The notes: a model not told the origin generated them from the letters alone. DNA of 64,000 nt from Octopus sinensis (GCF_006345805.1 NC_043006.1:40920001-40984000); one strand, 5' to 3'; positions 1-13,399 are shown, counted from the stretch's first letter. Made by a program: numbers and translations.

Positions 1-172
1 AGCTCCAGAACTCCAGAGTTTTATGTTACCGGAATAAACAAACTTGTAACTCGGCAAAAATGTGTTGATTGTAATGATACTTACTTTGATCAATAAAATT
101 TCCACATTGTTGGAATATATTGTGATGAATTTCATGTCTCAAAATGTTGCTTACTTTTTACTCAGCCTGATA
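1..172 (+). mobile_element. 3' end of a mariner transposon (transposase C-terminus plus right TIR), degenerate
   Basis: Translates (with one frameshift) to SSRTPEFYVTGINKLVTR-QKCVDCNDTYFDQ*, the typical mariner C-terminal pattern. It is followed by the TIR-like AAAATGTTGCTTACTTTTTACTCAGCCTGA and TA. Confidence 0.8.
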
Positions 173-229
173 TATTCTAAATCTATGAGAAGGATCAGAG
201 ATCCATTTTAAACAACAGCAACTCTTCAT

Positions 230-1390
230 CTGTGGATTTGAAAATCTTTATTCAGTTGAAATACCACAACACATAGAAAAGGAGTCAATCATGGAAGGAC
301 TAAAATTTGTCTTAGAGAATAACTATTTTATGTCGAATGACAACTTTTTCCAACAAAAATCTGAGGCCATAATGGGAACAAAAACGGCTCCCTCCTTTGC
401 AAATTTAGTTATAGGATATCTAGAAATGACTATACCAAAAAGTTTTACAAAAATATGAGAACTCATTCTTTAAATATATACAAGAAAATTGGAAAAGTTA
501 CCTCAATGACTACTTCATTCTCTGTTATTAAAGCATAAAGCATAGATAAATTTTAAATACTAGTCAATGGAATCAACAAAAATATTCAATTTGCTATGGA
601 ATATAGTCATAACCAACTCCAGTTTTTAGATTTAGGAAAAATGTCATCAATGAAACAGAGGTAAACATATACTTTAAAGCTATGTATACTAAAACTATTT
701 ACCTTTCAATTCATGCTGTCCGAGAAACATGCAAGTAAATCCCCCACATAACCTTATCAAAAGGATCTACAAAACTATCTGATGAAAACATCTGTGACCC
801 ATTACTTAAAGGCGTTAAGGATTTCACTTCTGGACAGGAATTTTCCACCATCCTTAATTGAATACAACAAACCAAGAAATTAAGTATTCAGGAACTAAGG
901 CAAGCAATCTTAACAATGAGGCTTATAACATCATATTTCAAAACATACCGATACTGACTGAAAAAGGACCCTCAGGCTGAACCAAATCCTCCAAATACTT
1001 ATCATAAAAAGCAAAAGACAGTTGAAAATCACTGAAAAATTAACAAAGGCCAAACTTTATACAATAATAACAATCAGCATTAAAAAAAATGTGGAAGATC
1101 CAACTTTGGCATATGTTTAAATCTGTCAAAAGAATTGAAGATTCATTTGAAAGAAGGACAGCGTTCCATAGTAAAAAATAATTTGTAACCTGTGCATCTG
1201 AAAATCTAATCTGTACAATTATGTTATATACTCAGGATGTGGGGAGAACTACATGAGGCAAACTGGCGTGTCCTGAAGACAGTGCATGACTGTATAGATA
1301 AAAAATTATAATACCAGAATACAAATCGAACTTGGTAAACATATAGACACATGTAGAGATAAGGAATAACACAAATTTCATGACCTCCCT
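230..1390 (+). mobile_element. Degenerate Penelope-like element (RT plus GIY-YIG endonuclease remnants)
   Basis: In-frame pieces EGLKFVLENNYFMSNDNFFQQKSEAIMGTKTAPSFANLVIGYLE (PLE RT motif B), WKSYLNDYFIL (decayed YxDD region), IQFAMEYSHNQLQFLD, and CASENLI..SGCGENY..QTG (GIY-YIG-like); many stops and frameshifts. Confidence 0.85.
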
Positions 1391-1774
1391 CAACTATTAG
1401 TGAGGATTGCATAATAGTAATCCATCAACAAAAAAAAACAACAACTCTCATAATCGGATACTGTGGGAAAGAAAGGATGATAACTAAAAAAACAACAATT
1501 CCTACTGATTTTGTTACTACTACAACAACAGACTGATACAGCCACTGTAATGATGGCTGCTACCATTATTGGGACTGATACAGCCTCTACTGTTATGGCT
1601 AATACCATTGTTGCTGCTACTAATAGACTGTCACAGATACTATTACTACTGTGTCACTACCATTGCTACCACTAATAGCCACTACTTCATAACATCCCAA
1701 GTAAGAAGCGAAGGATACTTTCCACTGCCTGAAACTACTACTACTACTCAGCAGCCATAATACGTGTTGTGTGT

Positions 1775-1811
<37 letters not shown>

Positions 1812-2124
1812 TAAATGAGGGTGAAAAATTAGATATTAATTTAATAATACCGTCAGTTTAACACCAAGTGGCCTAGCACATAGAAACCAGGGAGTACAAA
1901 TTTATATATAAATATAAGAGAGTTAACGATAAGTGGCTAACTCTAGTGCTAGAAATAGCTCCATCTTCGGTGGCTATACCAGAATATATATATATATTTC
2001 TATATGCGTGTGTATATGTATTCATGTGTCTTTGTATAAATGCATGTGTATATATACACATACTAACTCATACGTCTGTGTATGTGTGTATTAATCAAGG
2101 CTCTTTCTAAAATTAATATTAATT

Positions 2125-2211
2125 TTATCGCTGACGAAGCTACAGGAGTACAGGGCAGCATTCAATTCTTTGCACTGTGAAGTTCTTTTAGCTGAAACAA
2201 ATGTATGTTAA
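2125..2211 (+). ncRNA. Degenerate type I hammerhead ribozyme motif with long stem II
   Basis: TTATCG-CTGACGA-AGCTA...TAGCT-GAAA-C-AAAT-G-TA-TGTTAA. Core intact; stem II closes AGCTA/TAGCT; stem I imperfect. Confidence 0.65.
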
Positions 2212-2399
2212 TGAATGTAAAATTACGTAATTCTTGATTTCATGTAATTTATTATTTAATATTTTGTGTTTTATGCTACTGTCACCGTATGTATCTGGAA
2301 GGAAAACTGCGAAGTTTTCCTGTTAACGATTGCAGTTTAACGTTACCAGTAAATGCAAATATATTTCTCTTCGTCGGTCTGTGGTAAAAAAAGACTCAT

Positions 2400-2436
<37 letters not shown>

Positions 2437-3141
2437 ACATGCGCAATAGCAATTTAGTCACTTATAAAATACCATATCGCTGGATAGGCTTATTGCACTA
2501 TCTTTAAGATAGCGTGTACACTGTAGTGTATGTGTGTCTATGAACACATTCCCACGCGTCCGTCAACACTTATTTCCGTTGACGTCACTGGTTTTTGTTG
2601 GCCGCAGTTTTCTCTACATCTGGCCAAATCTAGCCAAGTGATGATATTGGCTTCTTTTGTGTTGGATATGAATGCTCGGCGTCTTATAGTTTTCGCTCTT
2701 CCTTGCTTTCCCCTTTCTGGTTGTGTCCATTTGAAAGCTGTTTGACAATGTCATTGTTCTGATGCCTATCGATAATACTTACTAGTTTTAGTCATCATTG
2801 TTCTCTGTCTACACTACTTAAATGACACACCCACGAATTCGTGAAGATCGGGTTACGAAAATTAGTATAAAATATATCTCCATTTCGTGCTCCTTTGTTT
2901 ACAAACAGTAACATCTTACTACGTGTCTGTATTTTATATCTGCTCGATTTCCTAACATTTATTTCGTTCCACTGTTTCGCTTTTTCCTTCATTTTCATCT
3001 TTTCTTTATAACATCTTCAAACTTTCTAGTTTTTAAATTCTTTCAATCTTAAAAACCAAAAACGTGAAGCTGGTGTTTCTGATGAATCGATAGGAATCCA
3101 ACAATGAAATAAAGGACTCTTTTCCTAGCCTTAGTTTATGA

Positions 3142-3369
3142 CAGGGATCCCCGACTACCCGGCTGTGAATCATTGGTACGGGCCCGCAGAGAAAGAATAA
3201 ATCTTCTTTCTCTTCTATTGAATGTCGCAGTCTGCAGGGTGTTTTTGCATTATATATGTATTATATATATATATATTAATTAAATCATATACCCTTTATT
3301 GTGTTTTTGTTATGCGCACGGTCGTTGAAAAACTTGTAGTCAGTCCATGTTAAAGCTTTGTAATCGCTG
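3142..3369. mobile_element. Possible old hAT/Charlie-type MITE
   Basis: Starts CAGGGATCCCCGAC (cf. Charlie-type CAGGGGTCCCCAAC) and ends ...CGCTG; TIR highly decayed, no clear TSD. Confidence 0.3.
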
Positions 3370-4032
3370 CTCTGTTTTATGAAAAATCACGCGTAATATC
3401 TATGCATACTTTTAATATAAATGCGCACATAGAGGAGCGGTCCCAACCGTTGACCTTTCAACGGTGTATAGAAACTACATTATCCAGTCTTATTCTTTTT
3501 ACTTAAAGACTGTGGTGTGATTTAAGGAATATTTGCTGCTATTTCTAACAGACCGAGTCCCATTTAGAAAAAAAACTTCTTCTTCCCAAGTTATCTTCCC
3601 TTAATGCAATCCGACGAGGACCATCACTACTTCTTTTCCTTTTACTAATTTTAATTTTATTGTTTATGAGTATGTTTTTTTTAAATTTTTATGGTGGTTG
3701 TTTAAAAAGTTCGATATTTGTATTTTAGGAATGTTTATGAATTCCTTTCAAAAGCCGCCTGAAGTTGATTTTACATTGCAGCAACACATTTTAAAAGCTT
3801 CTACGTCAGTCATGGGGCAACATGTGGTCCTCGGTACTTTCTGAATGGTACACCCAACGAAAAATTACCATAAAATTATTTAGTCGTGCTGCCAACCTGA
3901 TGGTGAGGTGTATCTCATGCGGCCGGCTGCTCGAAAAAGATTGCTTTTGCCTGCTCTATGTTGTCACTCGAACATGCTAGAAATTCAAATCTCTCAAATC
4001 ACATACCATATGAAAAAAAAAAAGAGAAAGAC

Positions 4033-4435
4033 CGGATTTTTTCGGTTTAAACGGCAGTTTTTTCTAGCGGTGTCATATGAAATTGTCACCCATAATTATG
4101 ACCCTATTATCGATCTATTGCATTTCAATCTATTTTAGATTTAGGGTTAGGGGTGGGAGGAAGGGTATTTTTTTTCTTCACAAATGTAAATAAACCCAAT
4201 CTGTTTCTTAAACGAGGGACATACAGCACAGAATGTTTTCACCTCAATAGACGGTCATTGATTGGTTAAAATTACCGAAATTAAAGACCAAATATCTTAC
4301 AAACTACAGAATTTTCTCAATAAAGCCAAGAGAAAAAGATGTTTTATAAGCACATTCTACCAGTATACGAAGTTTAAACTTTTTTAGTTACCTAGAAATT
4401 ATGTTAAAAACTGCCGTTCAAACCGAAAAGATCCG
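4033..4435. mobile_element. MITE with ~30-bp TIRs and an internal TTAGGG doublet
   Basis: CGGATTTTTTCGGTTTAAACGGCAGTTTT at left; AAAACTGCCGTTCAAACCGAAAAGATCCG at right; TTAGGGTTAGGG near 4141; no TSD seen. Confidence 0.75.
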
Positions 4436-4988
4436 AATTTAATATTTAGTTGGGTTAACTTTCGCTATATGTTGGGATAAATAAAGTCGTGGGGGTCTGA
4501 TGGAAATTTAGCTGCTATTTCTGGTAGCTCAAGCGACCACATCGAAATTCCTCCGCATGCCTTTGCGGTTATTATTGTAGTTTATAAAAAAAAGCTCCTT
4601 TTTTACTGAACAGGGAACAGAAAGAAATTAACTACAGGGAAGATAATAGAAATTAACATGCTTAGGATAAGTTGAACGTGTTTTGTCTAACGAAGAAAAG
4701 ACCTCACTCGTATGTATGTGACAAATAAACAAACTAAATTACTTCCCATGTGGGTTGGTTTATTATGCCAAAAGAAAAAAAAAAGAATCAGCCCTGGTCG
4801 CGCTGCCTGCTGACTTTTATATTTCTCTGTTGTCGCTAATGTTTCTTTCTCACTCTGTCTCCCTTCTCTTTGGCCAAACACAAATACACACGTGTGTGTT
4901 GGTGGGTGTGTTGCTATGAAAAAAGAGTGTGTAAAATGTAGAAGGAAGCAAATAGAAAATACCCAGAATCCTTCCTGGCGTCTAGCCT

Positions 4989-5155
4989 TCCTCTCTCTCT
5001 CTCTCTCTCTCTCTCTTCCTCACTCATATTTCATCCGCCTTTCTTCTCTCTCTCTCTCTCTCTCTTTTCCTCACTCATATTTCATCCGCCTTTCCTTCTC
5101 TCTCTCTCTCTTTTCCTCACTTATATTTCATCCGCCTTTCCTTCTCTCTCTTTCT
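4989..5155. repeat. Pyrimidine-rich ~40-bp minisatellite (3 copies) built on (CT)n
   Basis: (CT)n-TTCCTCACTCATATTTCATCCGCCTTT repeated three times. Confidence 0.85.
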
Positions 5156-6094
5156 CAAATTCTTTTGCCTCATTATTTTATCTTCTTTGCTTCGTTTTCT
5201 ATTTGCGTTTTTTGTTAATTAAAAGCAACATTTATTTCGACGAAGACCATCACTATTTTTTTTCCTCTTTTTTTACAGATTCCAATCATTATTTATCCCG
5301 CCTCTTGTCAACCTTTTCACATCCTTTCCGCTCCCCCACTTTTTGTCCGTCACACTCATAGCTATTCTCACTTCCTGTTTCTCTCCTCGACCCCACGTTG
5401 GTTTTTCCATTTGAACGTTACCGCATATCTCTCTATCTATCACTCACTCTCTCTCTTTTTCTGTCTTTTTTTATTTGTCTTTCTTTCTTCTGTAAACTAG
5501 GCTCTGAATCAGAAACGTTCACCCTGTAGATCAAATCTATTCATCACATACATACATTCACACACACACACACACATATATATATACATACATATATATA
5601 TGTACAATTTATAGCAAAGCATATTTCATGGATGATTATAAAACTTGCTTGCGGTAGACATTTCGGTAAGATTTTCAGTAAATTTATATTACTTTTTTGC
5701 TTCTTCTCACTTCGATTTTCTACTAAATTTATTTTCTATTGTCAAATTTGACCTGTAATGTTTAAGGGCGAGGGAAAAGAGAAATAAAAAGTAAAAAAAC
5801 ATACACCTCTCATTTTTATTTTGTAAGTTTAATACACATCAAAGTGGATAGAAACTTCACGCATCGCTTTCTACTTATACTACAAACACGAAGCTATCTT
5901 TTCTCTGTGTATTGATGTTATCCGTCTGAATATTTACGCATTTTTTATTTCGATCAAAGTATTCTTTAAAACCCACTATTATTATTCTGGAGTGTCCATA
6001 CTAAAAAAATATTTGTCTATTTAAGGTGGTTTTTCTGTGTACATATTCTTCGCTTGATGATAAGGTGAGGTTCGCAGGAGGCATTTACCTGTAG

Positions 6095-6370
6095 ACAAAT
6101 ACCTTTTATATTTTACTTGTTGGACTTTAACCATTCTGGAGCTGTGCCTTCAAGGGTCACAGTCAAACAAAATCGATCCGTATTTTTTAAAGCCATGTGT
6201 TCTCATCGGTCTTGTCGGACAGTTAGGTTATGGGGATGTAAACAAACCAACACCAGTTGTCAAGCGGTATCTTTTAGTTTCCGTCTCCCAAATCCACCCC
6301 CAAGGTGTCACGCAGTGGCACTTAATTGGAAACCGTAGTTGGAAAGCAAGTTTCTTACTACACCTGCGCC
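6095..6370 (-). mobile_element. SINE family A (tRNA head, CORE-like segment, CR1-type tail), degenerate
   Basis: Collinear similarity to the better-preserved copies at 17650-17970 and 28105-28467. Confidence 0.65.
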
Positions 6371-7083
6371 TATCAGTATTGTAATATATTAATAATAATT
6401 ACTAACTAAATTAGATAATTACATTGTGGAAGAACCGTTTGTGACATTTAAGAGTGCGTAAATAATATTCAGTTTTCGTTTGTATTTTAATAACCGAAGT
6501 GTTAGGAATTTCCCCCGTCGTTGCTGGTACATTTTAATATCTATCTAAAACACCAGGATTTCTTTCGGTTCTATTTTTCATGCTTTTATTTAAGCATGGC
6601 AGTAGCTATGTTTTATATGTTAAGATTAGACGTATTATAAATATTTTCACCAACGCTCGAACATATTCTATTACTGATTTTCTCTTCTCATTGGATTGGA
6701 TCTATGCTTGTACCAACACGAACACTTCGATCTTCACCTTGCGGCCGTCGGCATGGCGTTCGTACGCTTTCTTACCCAGAAGGGAGGTTACTCTTCAAAT
6801 AGACAAGGGGGCGCCACATTTTTTTTTATTGCCCGAGATACAGATTAATTTACTAAATGGAAAATAGACCAATTTGTACGTGCGTCTGCAAAGCGTTCCA
6901 GTCGTAAGCCATCATCAGGTCATTAAAGAGCGTTCCAAAAGTTGACCATATTGTTCTTTTACCAAAATCTTTGTTTTGGTATACTTTTTATTAAAAAGAC
7001 GCACAATTCGGTTTTTGAAACAACCCATTACTGTCCTCTCGGATAATGTTGTGACCTGTTGTAAAAATATAGGAAAAGGGTAA

Positions 7084-7374
7084 TACTAGCGAACAGTGGT
7101 CCCGGTGCGCGCAGTCGTGCATCCGCGCTAGCTAGTTTGTAAGTAGTCGATCCTATAACGACTACCTAACAAAGTAAATAAAACACAAAATTAATTTTTT
7201 TTTTTTACACAAAGCAAATAATTTTTGTTAAAGTAAATAAAACACAAAAACACAAAGTGAATAATTTTTTAAACAAAGTAAATGAAACACAAGAACACAA
7301 AGTAAGGATCGACGAGTCATGACAAGCTAGCGCGAGTACGCGTGTGCGCGCACCGGGACCACTGTTCGCTAGTG
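7084..7374. mobile_element. GC-rich MITE with CACTAG-type termini (CACTA/CMC-like)
   Basis: Perfect ~29-bp IR ACTAGCGAACAGTGGTCCCGGTGCGCGCA, extending imperfectly to ~70 bp; internal AAAGTAAATAAAACACAAAA repeats. Confidence 0.75.
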
Positions 7375-7379
7375 GTACC

Positions 7380-7509
7380 ATACGTGTACAATAGCACAAA
7401 CAGGATAGGCAGTAATAATACATACACACACACTTAAAAATTAAATTGCATCATGAATAACCTATTTTCAAAACTGCCTATTCCTGTGTTTGTGCTATTG
7501 TACTCGTAT
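7380..7509. repeat. Short inverted repeat (~35-bp arms), possible tiny MITE
   Basis: ATACGTGTACAATAGCACAAACAGGATAGGCAGT versus ACTGCCTATTCCTGTGTTTGTGCTATTGTACTCGTAT. Confidence 0.7.
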
Positions 7510-7679
7510 CATCAGTTGGTTGTTATCTCTTCATTGGCTGTCACTGAAGATTTCACATGTTGATTATGTAACTTATAGTCGTTTTTTGTCAATGAAACGT
7601 ACGTAAGTTGATGTAACAAAACAAAAACAATCGTTTTTGTTTTATTTTACATACACACACTCTCTCATACACACACGTC

Positions 7680-7890
7680 CTTTATCTTTTGCTTGTTTCA
7701 GTCATTTGACTGTGGCCATACTGGGGCACCACCTTGAAGAATTTTAGCCAAATGAATTGACATCAGTACTTATTCTTTTTCAACTTGGTATTTACTCGTC
7801 TTTTTTGCCCTACTGCTAAGTTTCGGGGACATAAACACACTGACACTGGTTGTCAAGTGATGTGGTGGGGGAACAAGCACACATACACAC
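7680..7890 (-). mobile_element. SINE family A, 3' half
   Basis: TTGTTTCAGTCATTTGACTGTGGCCATACTGGGGCACCACC tail and body match the other family A copies. Confidence 0.75.
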
Positions 7891-7933
7891 ACATATATTT
7901 ATATATATATGTGTGTGTGTATATATATTTTTG

Positions 7934-9711
7934 GGTTAATATAGGGCGTAACAAATATCAGAAAATCAAAAAAAAAATGTGTGTAATAGGTGTAAAACAA
8001 CTTCCTATGAACGAATATGAAAAAAAAAATTCGCGCACGCGAAAGGGGGGTGGGGGAGAGGCCTCGGAAAATTCACATCGGGAAGTTCCGAAAGCGTCTG
8101 AGGAGCTAACCCGGGCACCAAAACAAAAAAAAAATAGTGTAATATGTGTAAAACAACTTGCTCTAAACGAATATGACAAAAAAAAATGCGCTCTCGCGAA
8201 AGAGGGGTGGGGGAGAGGCCTCGGAATATTTATATCGGGAATTTCCGAAAGCGTCTGAACCGGGCACAAAAACAAAAACAAAAACAGCGTAATAGGTGTA
8301 AAACAACTTGCTCTAAACGACTATCATGAAAAAAATGCGCGCTCGCGAAAGGGGGGTGGGGGAGAGGCTTCGGAAATTTCACATCTTCAGTCCACGGCCT
8401 TTAAACTAAGAAAAAATAGTGTAATTGGTGTAAAACTACTTGTTCTAAACGAGTATCAAGAACACACACTCACACATGAATCATAAACTCCGTATTTCGC
8501 AAAAAAAAAAAATAAAGAGAAAATTCTGGAAAAAGTGAAGAAATGTTGGATCTCATTCCTTGGTTAAAGCTATTTTAAACATTAAATTTATGCTTTTCTT
8601 TGAAATAGTTCAGATATATGCAATTCTTCTCACTTATTAAGATGCATTTATCAGAAAAAAAGAGACAGAAAAAAAATTATTTTGTGTCAATCCTTCCCTA
8701 ATTATCCTTTATTAATTAGTTTTGGCGTGTATTTTTTTCCCAATTTATTTTTTCACCTTTACAACACTGTTTAGTAAAGCAATTAATTATCTTTTAATTT
8801 GCATATTTGACTTATTAATCAAAATTCTCTAGATGTAATATATACTAAGTAATGCATCCTTCATTTATGTGTTCCGTTCTGTATTATGCATGCGTGACTG
8901 TTTGTATGAAAGTGTGTTTAACTGTGCACATGAATGTGAATATTAAAGAACATATTTATTTACTATGATTGTTATTTTCAGAACAAATAAATCTTTTGGC
9001 TGTTATGTTATTGATGTTATTATTATTGCTAGTTAAAGGGTGGTGACTTGGCTGAATATTTTGAGTCTTGTAGTATGTAGTTGTGTTAGTCAATATTCTG
9101 AGTTCAAATCCAACTCATTTCTTTATCATCATTATCGATGGACCACTCAAAGAGGTATGTATACATTATCATTTTCGTAACATAATTTCTGTAGTATTTC
9201 AAGATGTTTCTGACACGTATTTTGATTCACATGGCGGAGATCCAACATTTCTTCACTTTTTCCAGAATTTCTTCTCTTTATTTTTTTTTTTTTGCGAAAT
9301 ACGGAGTTTATGATTCATGTGTGAGTGTGTGTTCTTGATACTCGTTTAGAACAAGTAGTTTTACATCAATACACTATTTTTTCTTAGTTTAAAGGCCGGT
9401 GGACTGAAGATGTGAAATTTCCGAGGCCTCTCCCCCACCCCTCTTTCTCGAGAGCGCATTTTTTTTTTCATATTCGTTTAGAGCAAGTTGTTTTACACAT
9501 ATTACACACTATTTTTTTTTGTTTTGGTGCCCGGGTCAGCCCCTCAGACGCTTTCGGAACTTCCCGATGTGAATTTTCCGAGGCCTCCCCCCCACCCCCC
9601 TTTCGCGTGCGCGAATTTTTTTTTTCATATTCGTTCATAGGAAGTTGTTTTACACCTATTACACACATTTTTCTTTTGATTTTCTGATATTTGTTACGCC
9701 CTATATTAACC
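7934..9711. mobile_element. Non-autonomous foldback DNA transposon with very long modular TIRs and 8-bp TSD (Merlin- or Mutator-like)
   Basis: Termini GGTTAATATAGGGCGTAAC / GTTACGCCCTATATTAACC; TSD TATTTTTG at 7926-7933 and 9712-9719; arms ~7934-8555 and ~9237-9711 are made of ~150-bp subrepeats; no transposase ORF. Confidence 0.9.
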
Positions 9712-9832
9712 TATTTTTGCCATTCTGCTAGGTGACGGAGACATAAATACACCACCGGTTGTCAGGTGATGTGGTGGGAGAACAAACATTAGTACAAATT
9801 CATGCACACACACACGCACATATATACATATA

Positions 9833-10068
9833 TTGGGTTGGTGCATAATTATTGCGGCTTTTTTTCAACGAATTTTATTCAACAATAGCAACATGTAACA
9901 AAAACATCCTTAATGATTTTTCCGGAGTATATTCACCATCTATTTCAATTACTGCTTCCCATTTTGTTTCACAGACGGTCAGACCGTCATTTAAAGATGT
10001 TTTTGTTGAATATTGTTATTGTTTTTGTTTGGGGGAAAAAAAGCTGCAATAATTATGCACCAACCCAA
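9833..10068 (-). mobile_element. Mariner deletion derivative (MITE)
   Basis: TIR TTGGGTTGGTGCATAATTATTGC flanked by TA on both sides; the minus strand retains KWEAVIEIDGEYTPE (mariner C-terminus). Confidence 0.9.
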
Positions 10069-11029
10069 TATATAGGGGACTGCAAGCAAGTAAACGAACA
10101 ACAGTTTTTAAGAATGGTGATGTTTTCCTTTATTTATTAAACACATGTGTGTGTGTGTGTATTGGCAATGACATGAACTGATGTACCGATGCCAGGACAT
10201 TAACCATCACTGAGTAAATGACAAAAGGCTGAGGTGATTGGCAATATTTAGTACTTGAGAAGACCTGCCTACCTTTGTAAAACAGGTTCTGGAAGTACAA
10301 TCAGTGCGGTTTTCTGTAAATATATCTCTCAGAGTGTAGTATTCTGCTGATCTAGTTAAATGTGACCAGAACCGCATAATTCACCTGCTTTTCCCTAATA
10401 CCAATTATCTTCCTTATTACTGGAAACCACTTTATTTGTTATCCTTTCTCTGTTCTTAATAATTCCATCCACTTTCTACATTGATTACCTTCAATCGCCT
10501 CTCTCTTTCTCTCATCCTCTCATCTTTCTCCTGTCTACTGCCTTTATTACTAAGCTGCTACTCTTCACCCCCTCCTTTTTCTACATGTTCAGTCATTTCT
10601 ACCTCCCCCTAATTCCTGTATCTTTAGTCACTCTCAACTAAATTTCTACAGTTGTGACCTATTCTCCTACTTTCCTTCTACTCCTGTTTGTCATTATATT
10701 CACCCTCTACCCCATTCCATATCTCTAACCATATCTCCCTTTCTTTTTCTCTCTTATAACCTCTATCCACCCAATTCGCTTCTACTCACCTTGTTCCTGA
10801 CACTTGTTAGGTGATGAAAGGTTAGTGTGACAATGAAACAGAAACAGGTGTCTTGCTGTAGAAGAGATACATGGTTACTCAGTCAGGGAGAAAGAGAGAG
10901 AGTGGTCAAGACTAGCCCTCAGGTTTTTCTGTTGGATCGTCCAATTGTCCTCCAAGTTATATTTCTCCAATTCCTCTCTTGTCAGATGTTTTCATTTGAA
11001 TATTTCTAAATTTCTGTCAGTTTGCTGGG

Positions 11030-11400
11030 TCGTTGAGCTTCCATAGCCTTCTTTTCCAGAATGGTTCATTTCTCTGAGTCCTTCTAGCACTCTAAATTCT
11101 GAAGAACTACCAGTAACCTATGTTGGGCTGCACATTCTTCACCTGAGGAAGATTTTACATTTGTGAGCGTCTGTTTATCTCATTGCCTGGTGAGGATGTA
11201 GTCAATCTAGTTCATGTGCTCACCAGACTGATTGGTGATCATATGGCTGATCAAATCATTTGCATCACAGAATTCCAGCATCCTTGTTCCCTCATTCCTT
11301 TAGCCAAAGCCATAACCTCCATGCATACCATGGAATCTATGTGAGTGCTGCTCAACATGTCCATTGAAGTCACCAGCCACAATAACTAAGTCTCATTCAT
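11030..11400 (-). mobile_element. RTE-like LINE APE-endonuclease fragment
   Basis: Minus strand reads VAGDFNGHV...HGGYGFG.RNEGTRMLEFCDANDL...DYIL. Confidence 0.8.
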
Positions 11401-12599
11401 TTGCCATTGAGGTGGCCCTCAAGAAGACAGCATAAAATTGGTCCTTCTGATCATCAGCCAGCCCAGGCTGTGGAGCATAAGCTGAAAATAGAGAAATTGT
11501 TACACTTATCTCTGCCTAACTACCCTATCACATACTTTGACTACCTCAATTACCTTATCTACCCATTTTCCCTCCAAAGTATGTTCTCACCACCCACCCC
11601 ATCATACTTGCCTACTCAGGGGTATTTAAACTTGTTTCTTACCCGTGAGGACATCATCAGAGGCTCCCTTCCATCTTACTTCTCTCACACCACACACACA
11701 CATCTACAAGTCATCACTCCAGCATTTCAATAATCTCACCAGTCCTTCCTTTCATTGGGTTGATAGTGATGGTGGTGGCCCTGAAATTGTGGACTTGGGA
11801 GGATGAGTGGGAAGACAGTTGTTGTGGAACTTTTGTCAGCACATAAAAGGAAGACTTGGCAGAGGGCTTTGGTACATGGTTAATTCACTCAAAGAATTAC
11901 AGTTTCCTCAATCCTGTACAGCACCTTGAGCAAACATCAAGGAAAGTGGAGTAGGAAATGGTTCTAGGGCTTCAGGTTGACTAGGAGAGAGGATAGCATG
12001 GCTACATAGCAAAGTTTATATATGTAGTCTACATATATTACCCCCTCCCATATATATGTGTGTAATGATGATATATATATATGTATATTTAGTTGTGGCC
12101 AAAAGTTTGGAAAAAAATTTAATTAGCAATATATTATTACTCCTTACAATAATATGGTGGATATAAGAATTTTGATTTAAAAAAAAATGTTCCAGAGTTT
12201 TGGCCTGCATGCATTCTTGTCCCATTTTTGTATTTTTTATATATAAAAATACAACGGCGGCATACGTACACTTTGGTCTCTTATATGTAAGTATATATAT
12301 ATCTAAATTTTGTAGGACTCTATTATTCTTTCTATTCGTTCATTCCACTCTTCTTTCTTTCTCTCCCCCTCTCTCACATTTCCTGGCCTTCTCTTCATGT
12401 TCACCTCTCTTTTTTTTTCACGACCAGCCATAATTCTTCTATTCCTCTGCCTCTACCTCTCTCTCTTCTCCCCATATGACCAGTGTTCGGCCAAGCCTGA
12501 CCTTTCTTGGTTCCACTACCATCCATGCAACATCTATATTCCTCCCTGTGCCTGTCAAATCTTATGTCCCTGCTATAAAGCTTTACTTTACTTCCACAC

Positions 12600-12906
12600 T
12601 TTAATTCGTCCTTATTTGAAAGACACTTGTTGTTCATATCCTGTTATTTGTATTTGTGTACCATTTCTCTGTCCTTTTTCTGTTGTTTTCCTATACATTC
12701 ACTGCTTTCTTTCAAGGAATCTAGTGCTCTTAGCTTAGTTTTTCTTTGGGGCTGGCCAGATTGGAGCAATCTCAAGTATAACCAGCTGAAATTGCAAAGA
12801 TAATCTGGAACTCGACTTAGGAAAGAAAACTCCGAATGACTCGTTCTTATTTTCTTTCTTTCTTTCATCTGACTGGATGTTTTGCATTCTTGTCTCATTT
12901 TTGTAT
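12600..12906 (+). repeat. Interspersed ~310-bp repeat, copy 1 (abuts (TA)n)
   Basis: Collinear with 25005-25345 (shared CAAGGAATCTA...GGGGCTGGCCAG...GGAGCAATCTCAAG...GAAATTGC). Confidence 0.8.
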
Positions 12907-13399
12907 TTATATATATATATATATATATATATAGGCTTGGCCAAAAGTCACCTGACAGTAAATCAAAACCATTTAATTCCAAGATTTATTCATGTTTAAC
13001 AACTGAATGACTTTAATAAAAACATCTAAATATGAAACATCATGAAAATTGTTCAAACTGAAGTCCTTGAGTGGCATATTTTTCCATTCAAGTCAGTACA
13101 GAATTACAGATGGTATTTATGGAATCTTGATTTACTGTCCAATCTTGATTTACTGGCCAACCCTCTTTATACACACACATACACAAACACACAGTGGCTT
13201 ATGCTTATATGTATACAGTTTGTATAGGTGCATGCACACAAGTATATGGTAGCAGGAGAAATGACACCAAAATATATTCAGACATAGGATGGATGGAGTG
13301 TATAGTGAGTTGTCAATGAAGGAATTTATTTATGTTTAAATGAAAATGGTGGTGGGGTTCAGGGAGGCAGGAGATGGTGGCTATGAGAATCTGTAGTTT

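Noticed and set aside
4141-4152. Interstitial telomere
   Set aside because: Only two TTAGGG units, internal to a MITE.
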